Origin: an uncultured virus (IMG/VR IMGVR_UViG_2630968701_000003)
Taxonomy: Duplodnaviria > Heunggongvirae > Uroviricota > Caudoviricetes
DNA: 64,000 nucleotides
Direction: 5' to 3' (one strand)
Virus record (IMG/VR): IMGVR_UViG_2630968701_000003
Notes under the pieces: generated by a model
The model's database searches: none
Told to the model about the DNA's origin: nothing
Seen by the model: only the letters and a program-made list of their open reading frames with translations
Made by a program: the position numbers and the translations under genes
In this document: piece by piece, positions 28,501 to 37,506 of the stretch
Layout of the letters: each line of letters opens with the position of its first letter
Numbering within the stretch: the stretch's first letter is position 1

Positions 28501-29230
28501 AGATGGATACACGATTAAAGTTGAAGGAAAAGAAAAAATAAATATTGCTACAGCTTTAGCAACAAATCCTAAAATAGATGAAACTGATATTAAAAAAGAT
28601 ATTAATTTAAATGAAGGAGATGTTGATTTAGTACAAAAAGATAATAGTATAAAAATAGAACAAAAAAAGGAAACAGACAATAAAAAAAACACACAACAAT
28701 CTAAGAAAACTATTAAAAAAATAGCAATTAAAGGAATTTCTAAGCAAATTGCTGCTGGCAAATCCATCAAATTAATAACAAGCATTTTACCGAAAAATGC
28801 AAAAAACAAATTAGTTACTTGGAAAACAAGTAATAAAAAAGTTGCGACAGTAGATAAAAATGGTGTTGTGAAGGTTAATAAAAAGGCAGCAGGTAAAACA
28901 GTAACAATTACAGCCATTGCTAAGGATGGAAGTAATAAAAAGGCAACCTATAAGATTAAAGTTATGAAAGGTTCTGTTAAGAGTATTTCCATTAAAGGAA
29001 AGAAAACAGTGAAGGCTGGTAAAACTTTAAAATTGACAGCAAAGGTAAAAGCTTCAAAAGGAGCAAACAAGAAACTGATCTGGAAGAGTAGCAATACAAA
29101 ATATGCCACTGTATCATCTTCTGGTAAAGTAATAGCCAAGAAAACAGGAAAGAAGAAAACTGTAGTAATTACAGTAATGTCTACGGATGGTACCAACAAA
29201 AAGAAAACTGTAAAAATTAAAATTAAATAA
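25553..29230 (+). CDS. large secreted protein: DUF6273-like domain + lipase (GHSLGG) + RTX-like Gly repeats + C-terminal Big_2 Ig-like domains
   Basis: signal-peptide-like N-terminus; IYFGSYPQ/IKWRVLE/WWLRTPG; FTGHSLGGALA; GGNGTDDLTGSSGND; VTWKTSNKKVATVDKNGVVK repeats. Confidence 0.8.
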   Translation: MQLSKLCLATKKFLSAMVITTTVLSTTPIQTINFKKSETNVSAATKKEVQSPRIIEDNYSDSTQNVTWDCIYFGSYPQTEIVDKPESSGTHQKIWETKEDYEVDSTIYSKLKNSTEWDDNGDLSIDGKKYRRINMKNATYSSNEQGCYRWNDEDTYHYFRYDKIKWRVLEVNGNTAFLLADKVLDAQKYNNKIESITWSSSTIRSWLNGYDSMENSQKKDYTKVNFKNEAFSNEEAAAIEKKEVTDNTDQTESKNDTKDQIFLLSKEETSNNKAKNYGFLSNGSGYDNARKCKSSTYAKAMGTLSNFMLHDHGNCLWWLRTPGINSYYASDIDYYGYSGGGVPIEAGSVGVRPALKMDLSNTDLWSYAGTISCNNTNNENKKYDLEQIQLVDANNKQVSESSDEYKRIIYLALAKFVYNKDIDKNIGKSIHDIMISNDTIYYDYKIQDKKFKSVKKYDEPLWKGSKLTYRQFYNSFVGDWKIIDYENDNEDVSTDKKNTGFVGTAFQNGNDIIISYTGSEGLDVTLDKYGNISLRPDWDTDMSFALYNELSEQFDKAEQFYKKIREKYPNANISFTGHSLGGALAGYEGILTGKRAWTFDSAVGYVTDLTYMYKAEEIKNFEGIDKTSVVNFTDQKSKYTLSDIIQHTCQDSYKLVENKTANNEVYEDNSIWGDKNTPASGYTHKILTSLEEVNNNKIKFTKTTTYVPQYVFSKKIKNNFFSSNLYEILSNLKKPEEIPSKILITAIKGWLIPKGRVMVGTSKNDTITAPINFNVSDILKVNTTIYGGNGTDDLTGSSGNDCIIAGKLGNKKLDGQTGEDIYLINPNEGKDITIHDCLGINTIKLDGYDNLKLSDITFMGKDTMYIAKTKQTINLKRIFVNLSKFNVLLNNKTYTWEELQKNTLNMNSQKTRYSNYKTTSNEINKIQVIEIDGKAKLHVYDKNGKLVNTFSNIEDCTKNIYKDYGYFYTYNNKNGARLIAYLIDGYTIKVEGKEKINIATALATNPKIDETDIKKDINLNEGDVDLVQKDNSIKIEQKKETDNKKNTQQSKKTIKKIAIKGISKQIAAGKSIKLITSILPKNAKNKLVTWKTSNKKVATVDKNGVVKVNKKAAGKTVTITAIAKDGSNKKATYKIKVMKGSVKSISIKGKKTVKAGKTLKLTAKVKASKGANKKLIWKSSNTKYATVSSSGKVIAKKTGKKKTVVITVMSTDGTNKKKTVKIKIK

Positions 29231-29308
29231 GCTATTTCGTTTCCCCTTTTTTAAAATTAACTATTCTTATAATGTAGGGAAAAATTAAGATTAAGAAAGG
29301 GGAAAATA

Positions 29309-29470
29309 ATGAAATTTGAAGAAGCAATCAAAATGGTTGGGAAACAGTATATTCAGGAGGAAATTAAATGTAGAGAAAAAAATGATATAACGATTAAATT
29401 ACCGGTTCGATTTAAAATTAGGATGTGGTGGATGTTTAAAAAAGAAAAATTTAAATCATATTATCTATAA
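29309..29470 (+). CDS. small hypothetical protein (53 aa, below ORF-track cutoff)
   Basis: AAAGGGG RBS, ATG 29309, followed by terminator. Confidence 0.55.
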   Translation: MKFEEAIKMVGKQYIQEEIKCREKNDITIKLPVRFKIRMWWMFKKEKFKSYYL

Positions 29471-29476
29471 TTTTTT

Positions 29477-29512
29477 ATGGATCATTGCAATATGCAATGG
29501 TCCATTTTTTTT
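29477..29512 (+). terminator. intrinsic terminator
   Basis: atggatcattgca-ata-tgcaatggtccat plus T-run. Confidence 0.75.
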
Positions 29513-29523
29513 AGTGAAATACA

Positions 29524-29712
29524 TTGATAAAACAATAAAATTATGATAATATAAAATTGTATTTTTTATCAGATTCCCCAAACAGGAAAAGTGGGACTTT
29601 TTATAGAAAATACTTAAAAAGAAACTTAATAACTTTTATTTATAAAAGGGTACAAATTTAACAGACGAAAGGTCTGTTTTTTTTTGTGCCCTTTTTTACG
29701 TTAAGAAAGGAG
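29524..29712 (+). promoter_or_regulatory. promoter + structured leader, copy A
   Basis: TTGATA-17-TAATAT with TG extension; leader hairpin gggtacaaa..aacagac-gaaag-gtctgtt..tttgtgccc, T-run, AGAAAGGAG. Confidence 0.7.
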
Positions 29713-29720
29713 AGAAGAGG

Positions 29721-30263
29721 ATGGATGAATTCTTAAACATGGTTGAATCATTTTGTAACAATGGTGGTTTTTTGCAAATCGGATTACGAGATCCAGAAAC
29801 TCTAAGAGTATATGCAGAAACAGCTCATAATCTTAGGAGAAGCAATAAAACATTGTCGCATGATGAAAAAATGATACTGACACGTATTGAGGTTATTTTT
29901 TGTGGAGCATATGGAGACATTGATCGTCAGATTATTGATATAGCTGCCAGCTTGCAACACAAAGACAATGATTTAAAAGGGTATTTAAGATGTTTTTATG
30001 AAAAAGAAGGCATCAATATGAAATACCGAAGTAAGTCGTTTATTCAATCCTGTTTAGATGGGGAATCTGTTCTAGCTGATTTAGATGATTGGATCAAATA
30101 TTGGCAGACTCATAGTACAGGAAAGATACTTATGGATTTTTTAGGATTAGATCCGACAGAATACCGTAAATGGGCAGAAAGTAATAATCAAAAAAATAAT
30201 GATCGAGATTTTTGGATCGAGGTAATAGAAAGTCGAACAATTAGGAGGAAAAAAGTATGTTAA
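29721..30263 (+). CDS. hypothetical protein
   Basis: ORF track, RBS. Confidence 0.7.
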   Translation: MDEFLNMVESFCNNGGFLQIGLRDPETLRVYAETAHNLRRSNKTLSHDEKMILTRIEVIFCGAYGDIDRQIIDIAASLQHKDNDLKGYLRCFYEKEGINMKYRSKSFIQSCLDGESVLADLDDWIKYWQTHSTGKILMDFLGLDPTEYRKWAESNNQKNNDRDFWIEVIESRTIRRKKVC

Positions 30264-30508
30264 AACTGACTGATCAAGGAAGGAAAGAGGTAAGTAACTT
30301 TGTTCAGAAATGTGAGGAATTCCGGAAGGAACTTCTGGAAACCGGCAGAGATACAGGACATATTGGACCGCCAGATGCGGGAACTGTTGAGAAATATGCA
30401 GTGCAAAAAGGTTCAGTAAATGGTGTTTATGAAGAAAGCTGGCATGTAGCTGATAACTATTGTCTTCGCATTATATTATACGTTAATAAAGATTTTATTG
30501 AATTATGA
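30257..30508 (+). CDS. hypothetical protein
   Basis: AGGAGG RBS. Confidence 0.7.
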   Translation: MLKLTDQGRKEVSNFVQKCEEFRKELLETGRDTGHIGPPDAGTVEKYAVQKGSVNGVYEESWHVADNYCLRIILYVNKDFIEL

Positions 30509-30517
30509 GAAAGGAGA

Positions 30518-30712
30518 ATGATTAAGATGCTAAACGATTTAGTATATTTAGTTGCATTTATGTCTGTTTTTTTTATTGGTTTAGGAACGGTAACTCTGGC
30601 AGTAGAGAAAATACCATTTCTACACAAAATGACAATCCGACTTATTAATGCAATGACATTTAATGAAAATGATAAGATCCCGGAAGATTGGGATGGAAAG
30701 GATAAAGAATGA
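30518..30712 (+). CDS. small membrane protein
   Basis: AAGGAG RBS, one TM. Confidence 0.65.
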   Translation: MIKMLNDLVYLVAFMSVFFIGLGTVTLAVEKIPFLHKMTIRLINAMTFNENDKIPEDWDGKDKE

Positions 30713-31256
30713 AGAAACAAGCAAGAGACATTGCAAAAACAAGTAATGGGAAGGTAGTGTTAGTTGCAGCGGATGAGCTGAAAGTAACATCATCCTTTTA
30801 TGGAAGTATTTTTGCAGAAAAAGAGAAAATTAATGGTAAAACTGAGTATTCAAAGATTCCAATTTCATTATTAGAGGTTGGAGGGAGTAAAAAGAATGTA
30901 ACATTTTATCTGGATGTGGATCAGGCAGAATATCTATATGAATTTGCCAAATCATTTGGGGATTGTAGTTACAGTTCATGCAAAAAAATGAAGCTCAGAA
31001 GCTAAAGCGTACTTTATTGGTAAGACGACAGAGTTTCTATAACAATCAGCCTAAAAAATATCCATGGTATTTGGAAATTGAGGTTACTAAAAATGAAAAG
31101 AAAGAAAAAAGCTGTATCAATATGACAGATGAAGGATTTTTTACTTTTATGAATCGGATTCATCGTTTTATTGATTGTTTTGTTACCGCATATAGTACAA
31201 ACATCATGAAAATGAAGTTTAATAATGAACAAAATTGGAAACAAAATAAGAATTAG
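30709..31256 (+). pseudogene. hypothetical gene apparently split by a frameshift in an A7 run (ORFs 30709-31005 and 30978-31256)
   Basis: overlapping ORFs joined at c-aaaaaaa-tg (30982-30988); no RBS for second ORF. Confidence 0.45.
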
Positions 31257-31272
31257 CAGAAAGGAGTAAACA

Positions 31273-32703
31273 ATGTCATACAGTGCATTGTATCGGAAAT
31301 TCCGTCCGCAAACGTTTGATGAAGTAAAAGGGCAAGATCACATTGTTACGACACTGAAAAACCAGATTCGTAATCATCGTTTAGGTCATGCTTATTTATT
31401 TTGTGGAACAAGAGGTACTGGAAAAACAACCGTCGCAAAGATTTTGGCAAAAGCAGTAAACTGTGAGCATCCTATTGATGGAGAACCATGTGGAGAATGT
31501 GAGACATGTAAATCAATCACAGAAGGATCATCTTTGAATGTAATCGAGATTGATGCAGCTTCTAATAATGGCGTTGATAATATTCGAGAGATTAAGGAGC
31601 AGGTACAGTATTCGCCAGCAACAGGTAAATACAAAGTCTATATCATAGATGAAGTACATATGCTTTCCATCGGAGCCTTTAATGCTTTATTAAAAACATT
31701 GGAAGAACCACCGGAGTATGTCATTTTTATTTTGGCCACGACAGAAGTTCATAAGATTCCTATCACTATCTTATCAAGATGTCAGAGATATGATTTCCAT
31801 CGTATTACATCAAATGTTATAAAAAAACAATTGATTGACCTTACCAATCAAGAAAAGGTAGAAGCAGAAGATAAAGCTTTGGAATATATCGCACGAATAG
31901 CAGATGGTTCCATGAGAGATGCGTTAAGCCTTCTGGATCAGTGCATTGCCTTTAATTTGGGCAAGAAATTGACGTATGATGCTACGTTAGATGTACTGGG
32001 AACAGTAGATATTCAGGTCTATAGTGAACTTTTAGATTTCATTATGGCACAGGATGTTGCGAAGGTTATGGACTTAATTGAAGATGTTGCTAGTCAAGGA
32101 AGAGAATGGTCACAATTTATCACAGATTTTTTGTGGTTTCTAAGGAATCTTTTATTAGTTGGGCAGGGAACAGATGCAGAAGAAGCATTAGAAGTATCTA
32201 CTGAACAAATGAAGTTTCTACAGGAGAAAGCAAAGTTGATCGATGAAAAATTATTGATCAGGGATATTCGTATTTTATCAGCATTGTTGGAAAAATTACG
32301 TTTTGCTACAACAAAAAGAGTCTTAGTGGAAGTAGAATTAATCAAATTATGCAAGCCAGAAATAGAGATGAAGAATACTGATCTTGCTGAAAAAGTAAAA
32401 TCATTAGAAGAACAATTAAATCTCGTCATGCTGCAATTAAAGAAAAAAGAAAAAACAAAAGAAGAGAAAAATACTAAGAAACTACCGGAACAAAAATCAG
32501 GGCAGGAAGAACAAATAAGAAAATCTATAGAAAGACTTCCAGAAATGATTCGTTATTGTTTAAAAAGAGCTGAGTTAAAGTTCGATGAAAAAGAAAAGGC
32601 AACAACGTTTACTTTTCCAGAGGAATGTATCCTTGAAAAACAATATGTCATTGATCATAAAGAGTTGATTGAAAAATCTGTTCATGCACAGATCATTGTG
32701 TGA
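31273..32703 (+). CDS. dnaX: DNA polymerase III subunit gamma/tau
   Basis: ALYRKFRPQTFDEVKGQDH, GTRGTGKTT, EIDAASNNGVD, IIDEVHMLS, SRCQRY. Confidence 0.97.
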   Translation: MSYSALYRKFRPQTFDEVKGQDHIVTTLKNQIRNHRLGHAYLFCGTRGTGKTTVAKILAKAVNCEHPIDGEPCGECETCKSITEGSSLNVIEIDAASNNGVDNIREIKEQVQYSPATGKYKVYIIDEVHMLSIGAFNALLKTLEEPPEYVIFILATTEVHKIPITILSRCQRYDFHRITSNVIKKQLIDLTNQEKVEAEDKALEYIARIADGSMRDALSLLDQCIAFNLGKKLTYDATLDVLGTVDIQVYSELLDFIMAQDVAKVMDLIEDVASQGREWSQFITDFLWFLRNLLLVGQGTDAEEALEVSTEQMKFLQEKAKLIDEKLLIRDIRILSALLEKLRFATTKRVLVEVELIKLCKPEIEMKNTDLAEKVKSLEEQLNLVMLQLKKKEKTKEEKNTKKLPEQKSGQEEQIRKSIERLPEMIRYCLKRAELKFDEKEKATTFTFPEECILEKQYVIDHKELIEKSVHAQIIV

Positions 32704-32725
32704 ATCATAGAAAAAGAGGATAAAA

Positions 32726-32875
32726 ATGAAAAGAAAAGTTGAACTATTATTAATGGCAATGGCACTTATTGTGTTGGCCATTATTTTTTTACAAGAAACA
32801 ACAACAAAATGTGTATTACTTGTGGTACTGATCGTGCTGCAAGTGATCACTGAGAAAGAAATTAAAGAAAATTAA
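32726..32875 (+). CDS. small hydrophobic protein (49 aa)
   Basis: AGAGGA RBS; two short hydrophobic segments; fills the dnaX-dnaN gap. Confidence 0.5.
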   Translation: MKRKVELLLMAMALIVLAIIFLQETTTKCVLLVVLIVLQVITEKEIKEN

Positions 32876-32889
32876 AGGAGAATTTTATT

Positions 32890-34041
32890 ATGAAAATTGA
32901 TAGAAAATTATTTGAAGCAGCACTGCAGATTGCAAAAAAAGGTATTTCAAAGAAAGCAGATATAACATCTAAAACTCTGGTAGAAATCAAAAATTCAGGA
33001 ATTTCTCTTGTTGGTATGAATGATGGAATGTCTGTTATTACCAATATGCCACCAAATAGTTTCGTTTTTGAAGAAACTGAGGAAAAGAAGTTTTTAGTAG
33101 ATCCTTCATTTATGATGGATTTGTTAAAACAGCTTCCAAAATCTGTAACAGAAGTTGAGTTTGATGCCGAAAATGGTCTTGTTTTAAGATATGAGAAATC
33201 TGAATTCAAGCTTGAGACAATTGAAGGAGCAGATATGTTTCCAATGCCTACTAAGAAAGGGGTAGATGAAAACTTTGTTACGATCGAAGCGAATGATTTA
33301 CGTCGCATGGTTCGTGCCACTGCATTTGTATCAGTACGAAAAGATGATTCTGTATCTGTAGGACAAGAAGCAATGAAATGTCTTGCAATTCATTGTGCAA
33401 AAGATGATATTAAAATTTATGCAGCAAATCCGTATCTTTTTTCAAGTTGTTTAAAAACACATGAAAATAATGGTGCTGATTTCAATGTATTGATTTATGC
33501 AGAAGATATTAATGAAGCAATCAACGCATTTCAGAATAAAGAAATTCAGATTTTTGCGGATGATAAATTCATGTATCTAGCAGATGATTATACTTTTATT
33601 TCACTGCGTATTGTAAATGCAAAGGAACTTACAATCAATACTACTTTAAAGAAAATAGAAACTAATAAAGATCTGACAAAAGTTAACGTAGCTAAAAATC
33701 TGATTTTAGGAACTATTAAACGTGCATGTTTATTATCAACGGATCGAAAAATGATTCGTATTTTGTTAAAAGCAAACAAAGAAACGAATTTATTAAATAT
33801 CCAGGGCAAGAGTGATAGAGGATCTATTAATGAAGATATTGAAGCAATCATTGATGGAAAAGATGCGGAGATTTGCCTTAATGGAAGCTATTTATTAGAA
33901 GTTTTGAATGCCATGGATTGTGAAAATACGGAGATTAGATTTGATGCAGCAGATGAAAGGATTCCAATGCTTGTAAAAAATGGAGATGATGAAGTAGTTA
34001 CAGATTCCACTTATGCTATTGCATTATTAAAAAGGAAATAG
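32890..34041 (+). CDS. dnaN: DNA polymerase III beta sliding clamp (divergent)
   Basis: 383 aa, three-domain pattern; GSINEDIEAIIDGKDAEICLNGSYLLEVLNAM matches DnaN C-terminus; follows dnaX. Confidence 0.85.
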   Translation: MKIDRKLFEAALQIAKKGISKKADITSKTLVEIKNSGISLVGMNDGMSVITNMPPNSFVFEETEEKKFLVDPSFMMDLLKQLPKSVTEVEFDAENGLVLRYEKSEFKLETIEGADMFPMPTKKGVDENFVTIEANDLRRMVRATAFVSVRKDDSVSVGQEAMKCLAIHCAKDDIKIYAANPYLFSSCLKTHENNGADFNVLIYAEDINEAINAFQNKEIQIFADDKFMYLADDYTFISLRIVNAKELTINTTLKKIETNKDLTKVNVAKNLILGTIKRACLLSTDRKMIRILLKANKETNLLNIQGKSDRGSINEDIEAIIDGKDAEICLNGSYLLEVLNAMDCENTEIRFDAADERIPMLVKNGDDEVVTDSTYAIALLKRK

Positions 34042-34102
34042 GAAAGTCCTAAAGAAAAAATGATGAATGAGAATAATTTAGAATAGTAGAAAGGAAAATA
34101 AT

Positions 34103-34765
34103 ATGAATAAGAATGAGTATAAAGTGAATACATATGTTTTAATTAAGAATGGTGAAATTTATGAAATTGATGAAGAAGGGTGTGTGAAGAAAGCTAAGAA
34201 TGGAGAAAATGTTCCATTTTATAGAAAACGAGAAATTTCAGAAGCACTTTGTAAAATGACCAAAAGAAAATCATCAAAATTTTTACTTGTAAAAAAAGAT
34301 GACTTTATTCATATGGAACAAAACGGAGGAACAGAAAAAATTTTCTGTTCCTTAATGTTTCCATTGGCAAAAAACAAACCTTCTAAATGGGTTACATTTA
34401 TGGATGATCTCGTAACTCTATTACCGCAGTTAAATAAGGAATATCATGAAAATCTTAATATGATTTCACAATGCGATAAAGAGTTGACAGATTTAATGCA
34501 TATGATAGAAGGATCACATGTGAATTTAATTTCTTATATTCGATATTATAGGAAAATTAGAAAAAATAGATGCCTTAGAAGAGAATGCAAAACAAATGTT
34601 GAATTAATCGATCAAATTAGAAATTCTTTAAATTTTACATTTAAAGAAATAAATACAATGAAAGGGAGTTTGTATAATGCGTATTGTCCAATCTATAACT
34701 ATAGAACAGATTGGATTGTTGATCAAAATCGTTTAGCTAATACGCTTACAACACATTGCCAGTAA
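34103..34765 (+). CDS. hypothetical protein
   Basis: ORF track; C-terminal DKELTDLMHMIE helical region. Confidence 0.7.
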   Translation: MNKNEYKVNTYVLIKNGEIYEIDEEGCVKKAKNGENVPFYRKREISEALCKMTKRKSSKFLLVKKDDFIHMEQNGGTEKIFCSLMFPLAKNKPSKWVTFMDDLVTLLPQLNKEYHENLNMISQCDKELTDLMHMIEGSHVNLISYIRYYRKIRKNRCLRRECKTNVELIDQIRNSLNFTFKEINTMKGSLYNAYCPIYNYRTDWIVDQNRLANTLTTHCQ

Positions 34766-34778
34766 AGGAGAAAATCAT

Positions 34779-35204
34779 ATGAGTAATAAATTTGAAAAAC
34801 GTAGTGGATTTGAACATGTAAATATAAAAACATCTCAAACTCCGGTCAAAAGCAAACAGGCTTATTATGTATCAGTCTATTATAGCTTTTCACAGGAAAG
34901 TCCATTATATATGTTTGAGTCAGAAGAAGCAGCAGTTAAATTCATTAGAGAACAGTATAATGAAGAGTGGCAAATAACAATGAAAGAAAGAGAAGAGCAT
35001 AATATTCCGGTTGAAGCAGATGAATTATTACGACAGATTTCAGATGATGGCCATTTCGCTAGAATTGAACAGGTTGATTATAATAATCCATGGTTTATGG
35101 AATGGAATGTTACAACTGTATGGAATGAACCAAAAACAGAAGGTGATCCTAAAACAAATGGGATTGCTTCAAAAGATAAAGGAGAACAAAATGGGAGAAT
35201 TTAA
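34779..35204 (+). CDS. hypothetical protein
   Basis: AAGGAG RBS. Confidence 0.7.
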   Translation: MSNKFEKRSGFEHVNIKTSQTPVKSKQAYYVSVYYSFSQESPLYMFESEEAAVKFIREQYNEEWQITMKEREEHNIPVEADELLRQISDDGHFARIEQVDYNNPWFMEWNVTTVWNEPKTEGDPKTNGIASKDKGEQNGRI

Positions 35205-37239
35205 TGAAGCACAGGTGGCTGCAATCAAACATAAGAAAGGACCTATGTTGGTGTTGGCTGGTGCAGGGTCAGGAAAAACTACAGTATTAACATATCGTAT
35301 TAAAAACCTGATCATGAACAGAGAAGTTAATCCAAAGAACATTTTAGTGCTTACATTCACGAAGGCAGCAGCAAAGGAAATGGAAGAACGTTTCCATGGT
35401 ATGATGCCTAAAAGAAATCAAGTTACATTCGGAACATTTCATAGTGTTTTTCTAAGAATTTTAGTAAAACATGGAGGCTATTCTTACAAAAATATTGTTT
35501 CGCCAAGAGTGCAGACAGATATTATTCAAAGAGCAGCTACAGAACTTGATCATTATTTAGGTTCTGGTTTCCAGGAGTGTATGGATAAGACCAAGGAAAT
35601 TATTTTGAATATCGAATTGATCAAAAATCATCGAATTAAAGATGTAAAAGAGATTTCGGAAAAAGAGTTAGAATTGAAAAACATGTCTGCAGATACAGCA
35701 TGGCAATTTTATCAGTATTATCAGAATTATATGCAGCAAAAGCATATGATTGATTTTACTGATATGTTACTTCTTACTTATAATCTCTTTAAAGAGAAAT
35801 CGGATGTTCTGGATTATTACAGGGATTTATATCGGTATATTATGGTTGACGAATATCAGGATACTAATCCAATCCAAAATGATATTATCATGTTACTGGC
35901 AGAACCAAGGAATAATTTGTTCTGTGTAGGGGATGATGATCAGTCAATTTATGGATTCAGAGGTGCAGAACCAAGTATCATGTTACAGTTTCCAAAAGAA
36001 TTTGAACATGCAAAGGTTATTCAGCTGCCATTAAATTATCGATGTAAAGAAAATATTGTTCAAGCTTCAAATCGTCTAATATCTTTTAATAAGAATCGTT
36101 ATAATAAGAGGATTTTAGCAGCTAGAACAGAAAATCCAACAGATGCAGATGTTATCTTTCATGCGTATGATAAGTACAGCGAAGAATGTAATTATGTAAA
36201 GAATGTATTGTTAGGTAATGATAAACAGGCTGCAATGATTGGGAATGTACCTTATGGAGATACAGCGTGTTTATTCCGAACCAATCGTTCTGTTGAAAAA
36301 TTTGCCGGAAAGCTGATTGATAGTGAGATTCCTTTTTATTCCTTAGAGCCTTTACGCAATATGTTAGATCATTTTGTTGCAAAACAGATTATGGCATATT
36401 TTGAGGTCGCAATGGGTAATGAGAAAAATCTTTACGAGATTGTGAATCGGCCAGTGCGATATGTAGAGAAGAGGTATGTAAAGCCTAGTACAACTTTAGC
36501 ACAATTGAAAAGTATATATGCAAATGCGGATAGTAATAAGAGCTATGTATATGAAAATTTGCTGAAACTGGAAGAAGATCTGCATATTTTAAAAGAGTTA
36601 GGTACTCCTAGCAAGATGATTCAATATATTTTTTCAGAGGAAGGAATTAATTATAAAAAGCATTTGAATAATTGTTCTAAGATTATGCATATGACCGAAG
36701 AAGATATTGATGATTTAAAGGAAACAACAAATCAGCTTTACATTTTCTTCCGAAAATATGATACGATGGATAATTTAAAGAACGGAATTGAGCAGTACAC
36801 CAGAATGATTCAGGATGCATATAAGAATCAGGATCGAGTTGGCAAAGTTGCTTTAACTACAATTCATTCAAGTAAAGGGTTAGAATATCAGCGGGTTATC
36901 ATTTTTGATGTCAATGAAGAAAATCTTCCATATCGGAAGGTTGATGAAAAAACTGATATTGAAGAAGAACGAAGATTGATGTATGTGGCGATCACTAGAG
37001 CAAAAGATCAGGTTATTATTTTATATAATAACAAAAATGCATCTCAGTTTGTTTCCCAGTCTCAATTAGCAAAAGCTGATTTTAAAGTAGGAGATATGAT
37101 CTTACACAAAGCCTTTGGAAAAGGAAGAATTGTAAATACTGATAGTAAATATATTCAGATTGAATTTCCTGAAAAGAACAGAACTATGAAATTTAATTTT
37201 GAATATGCTATCACAAAAAATATTATTAAAAAACTTTAG
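35191..37239 (+). CDS. UvrD/PcrA-family SF1 helicase
   Basis: VLAGAGSGKT, LTFTKAAA, VDEYQD, VGDDDQSIYGFRGA, TIHSSKGLE, EERRLMYVAITRAK; RBS before 35191. Confidence 0.95.
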   Translation: MGEFNEAQVAAIKHKKGPMLVLAGAGSGKTTVLTYRIKNLIMNREVNPKNILVLTFTKAAAKEMEERFHGMMPKRNQVTFGTFHSVFLRILVKHGGYSYKNIVSPRVQTDIIQRAATELDHYLGSGFQECMDKTKEIILNIELIKNHRIKDVKEISEKELELKNMSADTAWQFYQYYQNYMQQKHMIDFTDMLLLTYNLFKEKSDVLDYYRDLYRYIMVDEYQDTNPIQNDIIMLLAEPRNNLFCVGDDDQSIYGFRGAEPSIMLQFPKEFEHAKVIQLPLNYRCKENIVQASNRLISFNKNRYNKRILAARTENPTDADVIFHAYDKYSEECNYVKNVLLGNDKQAAMIGNVPYGDTACLFRTNRSVEKFAGKLIDSEIPFYSLEPLRNMLDHFVAKQIMAYFEVAMGNEKNLYEIVNRPVRYVEKRYVKPSTTLAQLKSIYANADSNKSYVYENLLKLEEDLHILKELGTPSKMIQYIFSEEGINYKKHLNNCSKIMHMTEEDIDDLKETTNQLYIFFRKYDTMDNLKNGIEQYTRMIQDAYKNQDRVGKVALTTIHSSKGLEYQRVIIFDVNEENLPYRKVDEKTDIEEERRLMYVAITRAKDQVIILYNNKNASQFVSQSQLAKADFKVGDMILHKAFGKGRIVNTDSKYIQIEFPEKNRTMKFNFEYAITKNIIKKL

Positions 37240-37246
37240 TTTTTTC

Positions 37247-37278
37247 AGCTGTCACATTGAATTGTGGCAGCTTTTTTT
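37247..37278 (+). terminator. intrinsic terminator
   Basis: agctgtcaca..tgtggcagct plus T-run. Confidence 0.75.
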
Positions 37279-37506
37279 ATTCATAAACATGTTTGGTATA
37301 ATTGAATTATGACAAGAATGAGCGAAAATATATAATATAAAAATGAGATGATAATGCTACTCATATGGTAGTATTTATGTTATAATATATAGAGTGGATT
37401 ATGAGATAGTTTTATAATCCTATCAAAATTCATAAAATTAGGAATGAACTCAGGAAACCTTCGGGTCCTGGGTCTTTTTTTATGTCAAAATAGAAGGAGG
37501 AAGGTC

